From the NCBI RefSeq assembly GCF_049243625.1, contig NZ_CP046975.1: a stretch of 32,000 nucleotides of DNA; one strand, 5' to 3'. Source of the DNA: Corynebacterium amycolatum. Its GTDB lineage: Bacteria > Actinomycetota > Actinomycetes > Mycobacteriales > Mycobacteriaceae. The translations under genes and the position numbers were made by a program. The notes under the pieces are model-generated. The model was not told the origin of the DNA. It did no database searches and worked only from the letters and a program-made list of their open reading frames with translations. Below, piece after piece: positions 24,076 to 32,000 of this stretch; position 1 is the first letter of the stretch; each line of letters opens with the position of its first letter.

Positions 24076-25514
24076 ATGTGCTTGCGCTTCGGGTAGACGC
24101 GCGGGCGAGCACCGGCAATCTCCTCAGCGATGCGAACGACCTGGTTGGAGTAACCGAACTCGTTGTCGTACCAGACGTAGAGCACTAGGTGCTTACCGTT
24201 GGCGATGGTAGCCAGACCATCGACGATGCCAGCGTGGGTGGAACCAACGAAGTCGGTGGAGACCACTTCTGGTGAGTGGATGTAGTCAATCTGCTGGCGC
24301 AGGACGGACTTCAGGGAAACTTCGCGCAGGTAGTTGTTAACCTCGTCGCGGTCGACCTCAGTGTCCAGAGTCAGGTTCAGCACCGCCATGGAAACGTCCG
24401 GGGTGGGAACGCGGATCGCGTTACCGGTCAGCTTGCCCTCAAACTCCGGCAGAGCCTTGGCGACGGCCTTTGCGGCACCAGTCTCAGTGAGAACCATGTT
24501 CAGGGTGGCTGCGCGACCACGGCGGGAACCCTTGTGGAAGTTGTCAATCAGGTTCTGGTCATTGGTGAAGGAGTGGACGGTCTCGACGTGACCGAACTCG
24601 ACGCCCCACTTGTCATTGACGACCTTCAGCACCGGGGTGATGCCGTTGGTAGTACAGGAGGCTGCCGACAAAATGTTGTCAGAGTCCTCGATGATGCTGT
24701 GGTTAATTCCGTAGACGATGTTCTTTACATCGCCCTTGCCCGGCGCGGTGAGCAGAACCTTGGAAACCCCCTTGGACTGAAGGTGCTGCGACAGTCCCTC
24801 ACGGTCACGCCAACGACCGGTGTTGTCAATGACAATCGCATCGTTAATGTCGTAGGCGGTGTAGTCAACAGTTGCCGGGTCGTTGGAGTAAATGACCTGG
24901 ATCGGGGTGCCGTTTGCCCAAATAATGTTGTTTTCGCGGTCAACCGAGATGGTGCCGTCGAATGCACCGTGGACGGAGTCACGGCGCAGCAGCGAAGCAC
25001 GCTTGACGATGTCGTCCTCACCATTCTGGCGAACCACAATCGCGCGCAGGCGCGGACCGTTGAACAGTGCCTCACGAGCAAGCAGAATGCGGGCCAGCAG
25101 ACGACCGATGCGTCCGAAACCGTAGAGGACAATGTCGGTCTTCGGGGTGTGAGTCCCGGCACCGATAACCTCGGCAAGCTCCCGCTCGAGGAATGCGCGC
25201 AGGTCGCCGCCTTCCTCTTCGAAGCTGGTAGCCAGGGCACCCAGGTCGATGGAGGCGGTGCCGAGATCCATCTTCACCAGTTCCTGCAGAATCGGCAGAG
25301 TCTGGCTCAGAGGCAGCTCCTGCGAGGTAATGCGACGGGCGTAGCGGTGCGACTTAATGATGCCGGTCTCGGTGACGTTTTCCAGTCGGCGGCCGAAGAT
25401 TGAAGTCACGACATCGTTGTTGCGCCGCAGCTGTCCCAGGAGGGGGATCATCTGCTCTGCAAGGCTGATGCGCTCATTCCAGTCATTGCGCTTGATGGGG
25501 GCCGAATCCGACAT
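24063..25514 (-). CDS. gapB: Glyceraldehyde-3-phosphate dehydrogenase, long (~480 aa) GapB/GapX-type with N-terminal extension
   Basis: The start is trimmed to ATG 25514, with AGGAGG 6 nt upstream. Motifs are VLYGFGRIGRLLAR (NAD-binding), active-site SAASCTTNGITP, and the C-terminal WYDNEFGYSNQVVR. A ~150-aa N-terminal extension is typical of the second actinobacterial GAPDH. Confidence 0.92.
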   Translation of the reverse strand: MSDSAPIKRNDWNERISLAEQMIPLLGQLRRNNDVVTSIFGRRLENVTETGIIKSHRYARRITSQELPLSQTLPILQELVKMDLGTASIDLGALATSFEEEGGDLRAFLERELAEVIGAGTHTPKTDIVLYGFGRIGRLLARILLAREALFNGPRLRAIVVRQNGEDDIVKRASLLRRDSVHGAFDGTISVDRENNIIWANGTPIQVIYSNDPATVDYTAYDINDAIVIDNTGRWRDREGLSQHLQSKGVSKVLLTAPGKGDVKNIVYGINHSIIEDSDNILSAASCTTNGITPVLKVVNDKWGVEFGHVETVHSFTNDQNLIDNFHKGSRRGRAATLNMVLTETGAAKAVAKALPEFEGKLTGNAIRVPTPDVSMAVLNLTLDTEVDRDEVNNYLREVSLKSVLRQQIDYIHSPEVVSTDFVGSTHAGIVDGLATIANGKHLVLYVWYDNEFGYSNQVVRIAEEIAGARPRVYPKRKHIDEL

Positions 25515-25684
25515 AAATCCTCCTGGCTTAAATGAATATGAGTTCCCCCTCAAAATACCCCGCACACGCCGTTCACCGGCTATCGCCCTCAACTGGGTAC
25601 CCCGTATTGTGGCCCAGCTTTCACCCAATCGGGGGAGGCATTGGGAGGCGACCTGAGGAAGAAAAGTGAACCCTACTTACCCGT

Positions 25685-25690
25685 TAGAAT
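25685..25690 (+). promoter_or_regulatory. -10 box candidate (TAGAAT) positioned for a leaderless HAD-hydrolase mRNA
   Basis: TAGAAT is followed by 7 nt (taaagcc) and then ATG 25698. There is no Shine-Dalgarno sequence upstream of that ATG. Confidence 0.4.
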
Positions 25691-25697
25691 TAAAGCC

Positions 25698-26591
25698 ATG
25701 ACGGAACCCCTGGATATCCAGCAGCAATCTCCTGCCCAGCCGCCATACCGCCTTGTAGTCACGGATATGGACGGGACTCTATTAAATGAAGACAAGGAAA
25801 TCCCGGATTCCTTTTGGCCGGTAGTCACCGAACTGCTCGACTGCGGTGTCCACTTCGCTCCCGCATCGGGCCGCCAGTACGCCACTCTGGCCGACCAGTT
25901 CGCCCCCATTGCACACCGCATCCCAATCATTGCGGAAAACGGCAACTATGTCGCGGATGCGGGCGAGGTGGTCTCGGTTACCAGTATCGACCACGACATC
26001 GTCACCCAGTTGGTACACGCGATCCGCCAGTTCAACGACAACCGAGTGGCAGCGGGGCGCACTCCTCTATCGGTTATCATCTGCGGCGCTGCCAGCGCAT
26101 ACGTGGAGTTTTTCCCGCCGCATTTCAATATTTCGGAGGAAGTTCAGCAGCTGCAATTCAACGAGGCCGCCAAGTACTACTTGAAGCTGCAGAAGGTCGA
26201 TGATGTCATCGTCGCCGCCGCCGAGGACGGCATCGTCAAAATTGCCGCCTTTGATCCTTACTCCGTCGAAGACGAATCCGCCGATTACTTGCGTTCCCAG
26301 AGCCCGCACCTGCGCGCGGTAGTCTCCGGTGCACATTGGGTCGACCTCATCGACGCCAACACCAACAAGGGCACGGCACTCGCCGCCCTGCAGGAGGCCC
26401 TCGGTGTCTCTCCTGCCGAAACTGTCTGCTTTGTTGACTACCTGAATGACCTCGAGCTCATCGACCACGCAAGCCGTTCGTTTGCCATGTCCAACGGTCA
26501 CCCGGAAATCAAACGCCGCGCCACCGACATCGCACCGTCGAACGCGGAGGAAGGCGTCATCACGACGCTGCGCGAACTGTTCAACCTCTAA
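25698..26591 (+). CDS. HAD-superfamily hydrolase, Cof-type (subfamily IIB) sugar-phosphatase-like
   Basis: The start is trimmed to MTEPL. Motif I is LVVTDMDGTLL, motif II is ASGRQY, and the C-terminal motifs are NKGTAL and DYLNDLELI (GDxxND-like). Confidence 0.85.
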   Translation: MTEPLDIQQQSPAQPPYRLVVTDMDGTLLNEDKEIPDSFWPVVTELLDCGVHFAPASGRQYATLADQFAPIAHRIPIIAENGNYVADAGEVVSVTSIDHDIVTQLVHAIRQFNDNRVAAGRTPLSVIICGAASAYVEFFPPHFNISEEVQQLQFNEAAKYYLKLQKVDDVIVAAAEDGIVKIAAFDPYSVEDESADYLRSQSPHLRAVVSGAHWVDLIDANTNKGTALAALQEALGVSPAETVCFVDYLNDLELIDHASRSFAMSNGHPEIKRRATDIAPSNAEEGVITTLRELFNL

Positions 26592-26699
26592 CGTCGCCCC
26601 AACGTAATTGACCCCTTACCCCACTGGAGCGGTAAGTTAGAAAGGTTGAACCCGATTCCCTTATTCCGATTTTCTTTTTAAGGAAAGCGTAGTCTCCCT

Positions 26700-28346
26700 G
26701 TGACAACTCTCGCCGAAGAAGCAGCACGCCGCCGCACATTTGCCGTCATCGCACACCCGGATGCCGGTAAGTCCACGCTCACCGAGGCGCTGGCACTGCA
26801 TGCTCATGTCATTAACGAAGCCGGTGCTGTCCACGGCAAGGCCGGCCGCAAGTCGACTGTGTCCGACTGGATGGACATGGAGAAAGATCGCGGCATCTCG
26901 ATTGCCTCTTCCGCGCTGCAGTTCGAGTACCAACCAGAGGGGCACGACGGCGAACCATACATGATCAATCTCGTCGATACACCTGGTCACGCCGACTTCT
27001 CCGAAGACACCTACCGTGTGCTCACGGCTGTCGACGCCGCTGTCATGCTTGTCGACGGCGCCAAGGGTCTCGAGCCTCAGACGTTGAAGCTGTTCCGGGT
27101 TTGTAAGTCCAACGGAATTCCCATCGTCACGGTCATCAACAAGTGGGACCGCCCGGGTAAGGCTCCCCTGGAATTGATGGATGAGATTGTTGCGGAGATT
27201 GGCCTGCAGCCGACACCGCTGTACTGGCCAGTCGGCGAGGCGGGTGACTTCCGCGGTCTACTGGAGCGTGGCGAGGACGGTGAGGCCAAACAGTTCATCG
27301 GCTTCGAGCGCACTGCCGGTGGTGCCACCATTGCCGCCGAGCGGCACCTCACCCCAGATGAGGCCGCCGCAGAACAGGGCGATGCCTGGGAGACGGCAGC
27401 CGAGGAGTCCGAACTGCTCTCCGCCGATAGCGCTGACCACGACCAGGAGATGTACCTCGCTGGTGACACCTCTCCGGTGATTTTCGCCTCGGCCATGCTG
27501 AATTGGGGTGTCCACCAGATCCTGGACACTCTCTGCGAACTGGCTCCGGCACCTGGCGCCCGCGAGTCCGACCCGGCTGCCGTTGCCGCTGCTGCGGCTG
27601 GCGGCCAGGGAGCTATCGTCGAAAAGCGCGAACCGACGGATGATTTTTCGGGCGTCGTGTTCAAGGTGCAGGCGGGTATGGATACGCACCACCGCGACAA
27701 GCTGGCGTTCATGCGCGTTGTCTCTGGTGAGTTTGACCGCGGCATGCAGGTCACGCATGCGCAGTCGGGACGCAGTTTTTCTACAAAGTACGCCCTGACA
27801 GTGTTCGGTCGGACGCGTTCGACCGTGGAGACGGCCTACCCGGGCGACATTGTCGGCCTGGTCAATGCGGGTTCGCTGGCGCCGGGTGACACCATTTACG
27901 AGGGCCGCAAGGTTCAATTCAAGCCAATGCCTCAATTCGCGCCGGAGCACTTCCGCACCCTGCGCGCCAAGAGCCTGGGCAAGTACAAGCAGTTCCGCAA
28001 GGCTGTCGACCAGCTCGATGCCGAGGGCGTGGTGCAGATTCTGCGCAACGATGCCCGCGGCGATGCCGCCCCGGTCATGGCCGCGGTCGGACCGATGCAG
28101 TTCGAGGTGATGATGGCGCGCATGGAAAACGAGTACAACGTCGAGACCATCGCAGATCCCATCCCCTACTCCGTCGCCCGCCGCACGGACGAAGAGACCG
28201 CGCCGGAGCTTGCAAAGCAACGCGGCGTGGAGATCTTCACGCGTTCCGACGGCGCCCTCATCGCCCTCTTCGGCGACAAGTGGAAGCTGTCATTCATTGA
28301 GAAGGAGCACCCGGAGTTCACGCTCGAGACGCTGGTCGCTGACTAA
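26700..28346 (+). CDS. prfC: Peptide chain release factor 3 (translational GTPase)
   Basis: The ORF has a GTG start and 548 aa. GTPase motifs are G1 AHPDAGKST, G3 DTPGHADF and G4 NKWD. The N-terminus RRRTFAVIAHPDAGKSTLTEALAL is RF3-specific in appearance. Confidence 0.92.
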   Translation: MTTLAEEAARRRTFAVIAHPDAGKSTLTEALALHAHVINEAGAVHGKAGRKSTVSDWMDMEKDRGISIASSALQFEYQPEGHDGEPYMINLVDTPGHADFSEDTYRVLTAVDAAVMLVDGAKGLEPQTLKLFRVCKSNGIPIVTVINKWDRPGKAPLELMDEIVAEIGLQPTPLYWPVGEAGDFRGLLERGEDGEAKQFIGFERTAGGATIAAERHLTPDEAAAEQGDAWETAAEESELLSADSADHDQEMYLAGDTSPVIFASAMLNWGVHQILDTLCELAPAPGARESDPAAVAAAAAGGQGAIVEKREPTDDFSGVVFKVQAGMDTHHRDKLAFMRVVSGEFDRGMQVTHAQSGRSFSTKYALTVFGRTRSTVETAYPGDIVGLVNAGSLAPGDTIYEGRKVQFKPMPQFAPEHFRTLRAKSLGKYKQFRKAVDQLDAEGVVQILRNDARGDAAPVMAAVGPMQFEVMMARMENEYNVETIADPIPYSVARRTDEETAPELAKQRGVEIFTRSDGALIALFGDKWKLSFIEKEHPEFTLETLVAD

Positions 28347-28413
28347 AGTTCTCGGTTGCACACAGCGGCAGCGCCAATAACAACCCAATAGAGATAAGGA
28401 GATTTCACCAACA

Positions 28414-30114
28414 TTGAGCCAAACGGTTGAGCTTCCTCCGCAACCAAGTGCATGGCAGCTTTTTACTGCCTTCCACTCCCGTGCGCAGAGATGGCCCGGT
28501 GCCCTCCGCGCAGCACTCGCGCTATTCCTGCCGGGTGCCGTGGCACTTCTCACCGGCCATGGCTCGGAGATGCTCCTTATCGCCGCTGGTGGTTGCGTGG
28601 TCATCTATGGCGAAGGCCACCCCTACCGCAGTCGCCTGCGCGTGATGGCCATCGCCGGACTGTGCCTGGTCGCCGGCGTTATGTCCGGCAGTTTTGTTGG
28701 ATCAGTGGTCCACAGTGAGATCGCTTCCGGCGACAGTAATCTATGGCTGCTGCTCATCGCACTTTTTACCACGACGCTGGCTACCGCCGGCGCCTTTATC
28801 CAAAACGCACTGCGCCTGCCACCACCAGGTTCATTCTTCATTGTGATGGTCTCAGGCGGTACCACAATGGTCGCCCGCCTTGGCTTCAACCCGGTTGAAA
28901 CCGCCATGTGGGCTACCGTTGGTGTGCTTTCGGCGATAGTCATCGGCATGGCACCGCGGTTATGGAATCCGCACGGCCCCGAGATGGCGGCCGTCCAATC
29001 CCTTGAATCAGCCATCGAGGCGATGGAAAAATCAGACTCGACATCGTTCGCCGTTCATCACCAGGCGCAAACTGCACTCACCGACGCATGGGAATCGCTT
29101 GCCGACGCAGGCATCATCCGTGGCAGCAAAATCGTCAAGCCCTCCCATACGGAACTGGTCAACCGTGTCATCGCTGCTCATCAGCGACTGATTGCTATCC
29201 GCGGCCGCTTGGGCGTGCACGGCAGCGCTGTGGACATCGTGGACACACCTAACCTTATCGACGAGACACAGACAACCATTCCACTCGCTCGGCCAAGCGT
29301 AAGCTACCGAGTCTTCCGCTCTTTCGAGCGCTATTCTCACGCGTCGATGACTGCGACAAAGGTGGCTATTACTGGCGGCTTAGCTGGTCTCATCAGCGTG
29401 CTAGTCGGTCTTGACCGGCCTGACTGGGCGGTGGTCAGCGCATTGATGACTCTACAGTGGGGCCCCGACCGCACCGCCGGTTCGATTCGAGGAATTCACC
29501 GCATGGTGGGCTCGATTATCGGCATTTTCCTCTATGCGCTGCTCTTTTCCTTTGGCCTGGACAGCTGGACGCTACTTATCGCGCTTGCAGCCTGCCAATT
29601 CGGCGCGGAGATTCTCGTGGTGAAGAACTATGCGCTGACGACGATCGTCACCACTCCGCTGGCGCTGCTGCTGGGCGGAAATGTCGCTGGCGAGCTCGCA
29701 CCGATTGTGACCGATCGTGTTTTGGAAGTCGGTATCGCCTGCGCGCTGGCTCTCGCTGTCCTGCACTTCTGGCCGACCGAGAGCATTGAGAAGCACTACC
29801 TGCGTCATATTCCGCGCTGCTATCGACAGATGGGTGCTCTTCTCGGCGCGCTGCTAACCGGCACTCCGAATCAGGCACTCGATATTCGTCGCGATCTCCA
29901 GTACGAGCTGCTCAGCGAGCGCCAGGCCATCTCGTCTCTGGCCACCAACGACCCCAAAATCGCCGCTCCGCACTGGGATGGGCATCGTCGCATTCGCACG
30001 GCCGGTTACTTGCTGTTGGACTACTGCCGTACGCATCCAGATATTAGGCCTTCTCACGAAGAGATTTCCAAGCTCGCCGAAGTGGTTCAGGCAGCTAAGT
30101 CCGAGGAATACTAG
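28414..30114 (+). CDS. FUSC-family (fusaric-acid-resistance-like / aromatic acid exporter-like) integral membrane protein
   Basis: 566 aa from a TTG start, with AAGGAG 12 nt upstream. Two hydrophobic multi-span blocks are separated by a soluble helical region, the layout typical of FUSC-like proteins. The family call rests on architecture and is only partly sequence-based. Confidence 0.7.
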   Translation: MSQTVELPPQPSAWQLFTAFHSRAQRWPGALRAALALFLPGAVALLTGHGSEMLLIAAGGCVVIYGEGHPYRSRLRVMAIAGLCLVAGVMSGSFVGSVVHSEIASGDSNLWLLLIALFTTTLATAGAFIQNALRLPPPGSFFIVMVSGGTTMVARLGFNPVETAMWATVGVLSAIVIGMAPRLWNPHGPEMAAVQSLESAIEAMEKSDSTSFAVHHQAQTALTDAWESLADAGIIRGSKIVKPSHTELVNRVIAAHQRLIAIRGRLGVHGSAVDIVDTPNLIDETQTTIPLARPSVSYRVFRSFERYSHASMTATKVAITGGLAGLISVLVGLDRPDWAVVSALMTLQWGPDRTAGSIRGIHRMVGSIIGIFLYALLFSFGLDSWTLLIALAACQFGAEILVVKNYALTTIVTTPLALLLGGNVAGELAPIVTDRVLEVGIACALALAVLHFWPTESIEKHYLRHIPRCYRQMGALLGALLTGTPNQALDIRRDLQYELLSERQAISSLATNDPKIAAPHWDGHRRIRTAGYLLLDYCRTHPDIRPSHEEISKLAEVVQAAKSEEY

Positions 30115-30770
30115 TCCTCCGGCAGCGGAGGCTCCTTGCGTAGGTCGCGGGCGGTTGCCCGGCGTACCTCGCGCGGTTCCTCCTCCGAGCCCCGCGAACG
30201 GAACTTGGCCGCAATGTCCTTCAACGAAGACGACAGTGGCGGCAGCTTCTCCAGCGCGTCACGGCCCGCGTCCCACGCGTCGGTAGCAATGTTTTCCGCT
30301 TTCCGACGGAACTTGCGGACCTTCTCCTCACGCTGACGCTTAGTCTCTGCCGCGTCATTTTGCCGCTCGCGCTCACGCTCAAAGGCGGCGACATCGCGGG
30401 CCTCCGCGTCGGAAAGCCTCTTTGAAGCGTGTGCCGCGGCGTCCCACGATTCCTCCAGCGACTCCGCGAGGTGCAACATGGCATCGATGCGCTTTTCAAC
30501 TTCGCGCAACTTCTCGCGGTAGCCCCGTTGAATGTCGTAGCGGCGCATGATGCGGCGGGCACGAGTGGCCTCATTGCGCCAGGTGATGATTGCGCCCTCA
30601 GAAATCGACTCATCGACGACGAAACGCATCGTCCACGGGTCGACATCAGCGCTGGCCAGATTGTTGCGTACCCGCTCCTCGCGGTCGAGGACGTCCTGCA
30701 CGAGACTGCGAGCACGCTCTTCGGCTTGATGGGCGCGGTTGGTACGGGAGTTATCTGGTCGGAAGCTCAC
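30111..30770 (-). CDS. Hypothetical charged coiled-coil protein
   Basis: The start is trimmed to GTG 30770, 10 nt downstream of the transporter stop at 30781. The sequence is rich in E/R/K/A heptad-like stretches (REKLREVEKRIDAMLHLAESLEESWDAAAH..., ERERERQNDAAETKRQREEKVRKFRRKAE). No family was recognised. The start is uncertain; an alternative is ATG 30629. Confidence 0.5.
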   Translation of the reverse strand: MSFRPDNSRTNRAHQAEERARSLVQDVLDREERVRNNLASADVDPWTMRFVVDESISEGAIITWRNEATRARRIMRRYDIQRGYREKLREVEKRIDAMLHLAESLEESWDAAAHASKRLSDAEARDVAAFERERERQNDAAETKRQREEKVRKFRRKAENIATDAWDAGRDALEKLPPLSSSLKDIAAKFRSRGSEEEPREVRRATARDLRKEPPLPED

Positions 30771-30780
30771 CTGGACTATC

Positions 30781-31500
30781 CTACCGCTCGGCTGCTGCCA
30801 AAGCCGGTACTTGGTCGGTCTCGGAGCTCTTCTGCTGGTTATTGTCGTGCTGGTGCTCGAGTCGAACCCAGGAGACAAAGCCCCAAATAACGAAGCATCC
30901 GTAGAAGAGGTACAGCGCTGCTGACGGGTAGTAGCCACCCTTGAGCAGCAACGGCACTCCCACGGCGTCAACGGCAATCCAGATCAGCCAGAATTCGTTC
31001 CAGCCGCGGGCCATGCCCCAGGTCGCTAGCATCGAACCGACGAAAATCCAGGCATCGGCCCATGGCCCCCACGAGCCCAGCATCTCAAAGACATTGGCAC
31101 AGATCACTGTTGCGAAGATAGCCACGGCAATCATCCCAATGCGTTCCGTTACCGTCGCCCACCGCGGCTCAATTGCGACCTCATCACCGCTCTGATTGCG
31201 GCTCTTGACCCAGCTGAACCACCCGTAGAGACTGACGACGATAAACATGACCTGACGCCCAGCCTGGCCATAGAGATCAAGATTTTGCGGCGTGTGGAAA
31301 ACTCCGCCGAGGAAGACGGTAAACAGCAAGGCATTTCCGATAATGCCGACCGGCCAAGCCCATACCTTGCGTTTCATACCTAGGAAGGCACACGCGAGGC
31401 CAAAGAGGTTACCAACAATTTCTCGAATTAAGATTGGTGCTCCCGCCACACTGAGCTGTGCAGTGAGGAAACCCACCAAAAAATCCGACGCGTATTCCAC
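30781..31500 (-). CDS. pnuX: PnuC-family transporter; riboflavin transporter (PnuX/RibM type) inferred from the FMN riboswitch
   Basis: The 239-aa ORF has a GTG start and reads like a PnuC/NMN-transporter family member (W-rich TM helices: WAWPVGIIGNALLF, GWFSW, WIFVGSMLATWGMARGWNEFWLIWIAVD). It lies directly behind an FMN riboswitch, as described for C. glutamicum PnuX and Streptomyces RibM. Confidence 0.85.
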   Translation of the reverse strand: MEYASDFLVGFLTAQLSVAGAPILIREIVGNLFGLACAFLGMKRKVWAWPVGIIGNALLFTVFLGGVFHTPQNLDLYGQAGRQVMFIVVSLYGWFSWVKSRNQSGDEVAIEPRWATVTERIGMIAVAIFATVICANVFEMLGSWGPWADAWIFVGSMLATWGMARGWNEFWLIWIAVDAVGVPLLLKGGYYPSAALYLFYGCFVIWGFVSWVRLEHQHDNNQQKSSETDQVPALAAAER

Positions 31501-31515
31501 GAATTATTCAACTCC

Positions 31516-31675
31516 TTCTCTTTCATCCGGACTATGACCGTCGGTTTCGGATTCCAACCGAAATCTGCTTGTCCCCTACCTGATGACCCTTCTGGCCACA
31601 GGTAGGGCGCTCGTGGACTTGTCTGCGTCAGCCGCAGCTTCACCACCGGTGAGGAATTTCACCTCGCCCTGAGAA
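31516..31675 (-). promoter_or_regulatory. FMN riboswitch (RFN element)
   Basis: The minus strand reads TTCTCAGGGCGAGGTGAAATTCCTCACCGGTGGT...AAGTCCACGAGCGCC-CTACCTG..CAGGTAG-GGGACAAGCAGATTTCGGTTGGAATCCGAAACCGACGGTCATAGTCCGGATGAAAGAGAAGG. It matches the RFN core blocks (GGTGAAATTCC.CACCGG.GGT, AG.CCGCGAGC, CAGAT, GCCGACGGT.A.AGTCCGGATG..AGAGAA). The P1 stem is TTCTC/GAGAA. Confidence 0.88.
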
Positions 31676-31763
31676 TGCGATTTCAACGTTAGCACTGTCG
31701 CCTTGTGCGCATGTGCATTTTATTCAATGAGGATCTAATACAGTCCCGACATAATTACGAATC

Positions 31764-31769
31764 TATAAT
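31764..31769 (+). promoter_or_regulatory. -10 box candidate (TATAAT) positioned for a leaderless mRNA
   Basis: A perfect TATAAT is followed by 7 nt (gcgcagt) and then ATG 31777. There is no Shine-Dalgarno sequence. Confidence 0.45.
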
Positions 31770-31776
31770 GCGCAGT

Positions 31777-32000
31777 ATGAGCCAAAAGCCCCGCCAGCCA
31801 CGTCCTTCCCGCCCCGCCCGCCGCTCCCACCACAAGCGCTCCGCTGGCTGGGTTCCGGACCAGCACGGCGCTTGGTTCATGGTCACCATTCCCCCGCTGA
31901 CTGCACTCGCGCTCAACCCCACATGGACAGGACTCTCGGTCACCGCGACCTGGCTGCTCGGCTACTTCGCGTTCTTCGCCGTCAGCGTCTGGCTCCGCTC
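31777..32000 (+). CDS. Membrane protein, 5' fragment (possibly YwiC-like family), runs off the window
   Basis: The reading frame from ATG 31777 is open to the window end and is not in the ORF track because no stop is reached. The translation is MSQKPRQPRPSRPARRSHHKRSAGWVPDQHGAWFMVTIPPLTALAL...GYFAFFAVSVWL. A basic N-terminus followed by QHGAW and TM helices resembles YwiC-like proteins; this is from memory only. Confidence 0.55.
   Translation, partial: MSQKPRQPRPSRPARRSHHKRSAGWVPDQHGAWFMVTIPPLTALALNPTWTGLSVTATWLLGYFAFFAVSVWLR

Noticed and set aside
23736-24188. A 150-aa plus-strand ORF considered as an independent gene.
   Set aside because: Its first ~55 residues are the frameshifted C-terminal block of the IS110 transposase (MFRSAWIAS...KRAEGQKHNAAV...CNVIYALL). 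The remainder is stop-free read-through that runs antisense into gapB.
30111-30114. A convergent stop-codon overlap between the FUSC-family gene (TAG 30112-30114) and the coiled-coil gene (stop 30111-30113).
   Set aside because: It is real in the sequence but an ordinary consequence of tight convergent packing. No hairpin or shared terminator is visible.
30771-30977. An upstream extension of the coiled-coil ORF (the track gives 30111-30977).
   Set aside because: The extension overlaps the 3' end of the PnuC-family gene on the same strand in another frame. The GTG at 30770 lies 10 nt after that gene's stop and is the more economical start.
31428-31646. A 72-aa minus-strand ORF upstream of and overlapping the transporter start.
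   Set aside because: It is embedded in the FMN riboswitch sequence. The conservation there is RNA-structural, not protein-coding.
1-32000. CRISPR arrays, tRNA/rRNA genes and tandem repeats.
   Set aside because: Reading both strands revealed no repeat-spacer periodicity, no cloverleaf-compatible segment at the island edges and no rRNA-like sequence. This was a visual scan only; tRNAscan-SE, Infernal or a CRISPR finder should confirm.

Overview
The sequence looks like a high-GC actinobacterial chromosome with Corynebacterium-type gene order. Two housekeeping blocks flank an accessory island of about 21 kb. The left core is glmU (3' end), prs, rplY/ctc and pth. The right core is the long-form GAPDH gapB, a Cof-type HAD hydrolase, prfC, a FUSC-family membrane protein, a coiled-coil hypothetical, a PnuC-family transporter behind an FMN riboswitch, and a partial membrane protein. 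The island (about 3035-24062) sits between the convergent pth and gapB genes. By eye it is about 10 points higher in GC than the flanks. All 11 of its genes are on the minus strand and almost every junction is a 4-nt ATGA/GTGA overlap. In transcription order the genes are: an ECF-type S-component-like membrane protein; a fused ECF ATPase-ATPase-T protein; a FAAL-like acyl-AMP ligase; a 2112-aa NRPS (T-Cy-A(Cys)-T-Cy-T-TE); a saccharopine-dehydrogenase-like oxidoreductase; a DrrA-like ABC ATPase with two ABC-2 permeases; a SAM methyltransferase; and two fused permease/ATPase ABC proteins (YbtP/YbtQ- or IrtA/IrtB-like). A DtxR-type iron box lies upstream of the first gene. A heavily decayed IS110-family transposase lies between that promoter region and gapB. 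A 13-bp direct repeat that copies the gapB 3' end brackets the island. My reading is an iron-regulated thiazoline/thiazolidine metallophore cluster, related to pyochelin and yersiniabactin. Its unusual features are a single Cys A domain feeding two carrier domains, a FAAL-type starter, stand-alone tailoring enzymes and an ECF-type transporter. All calls rest on reading motifs in the supplied translations and DNA. No database search or computation was run.
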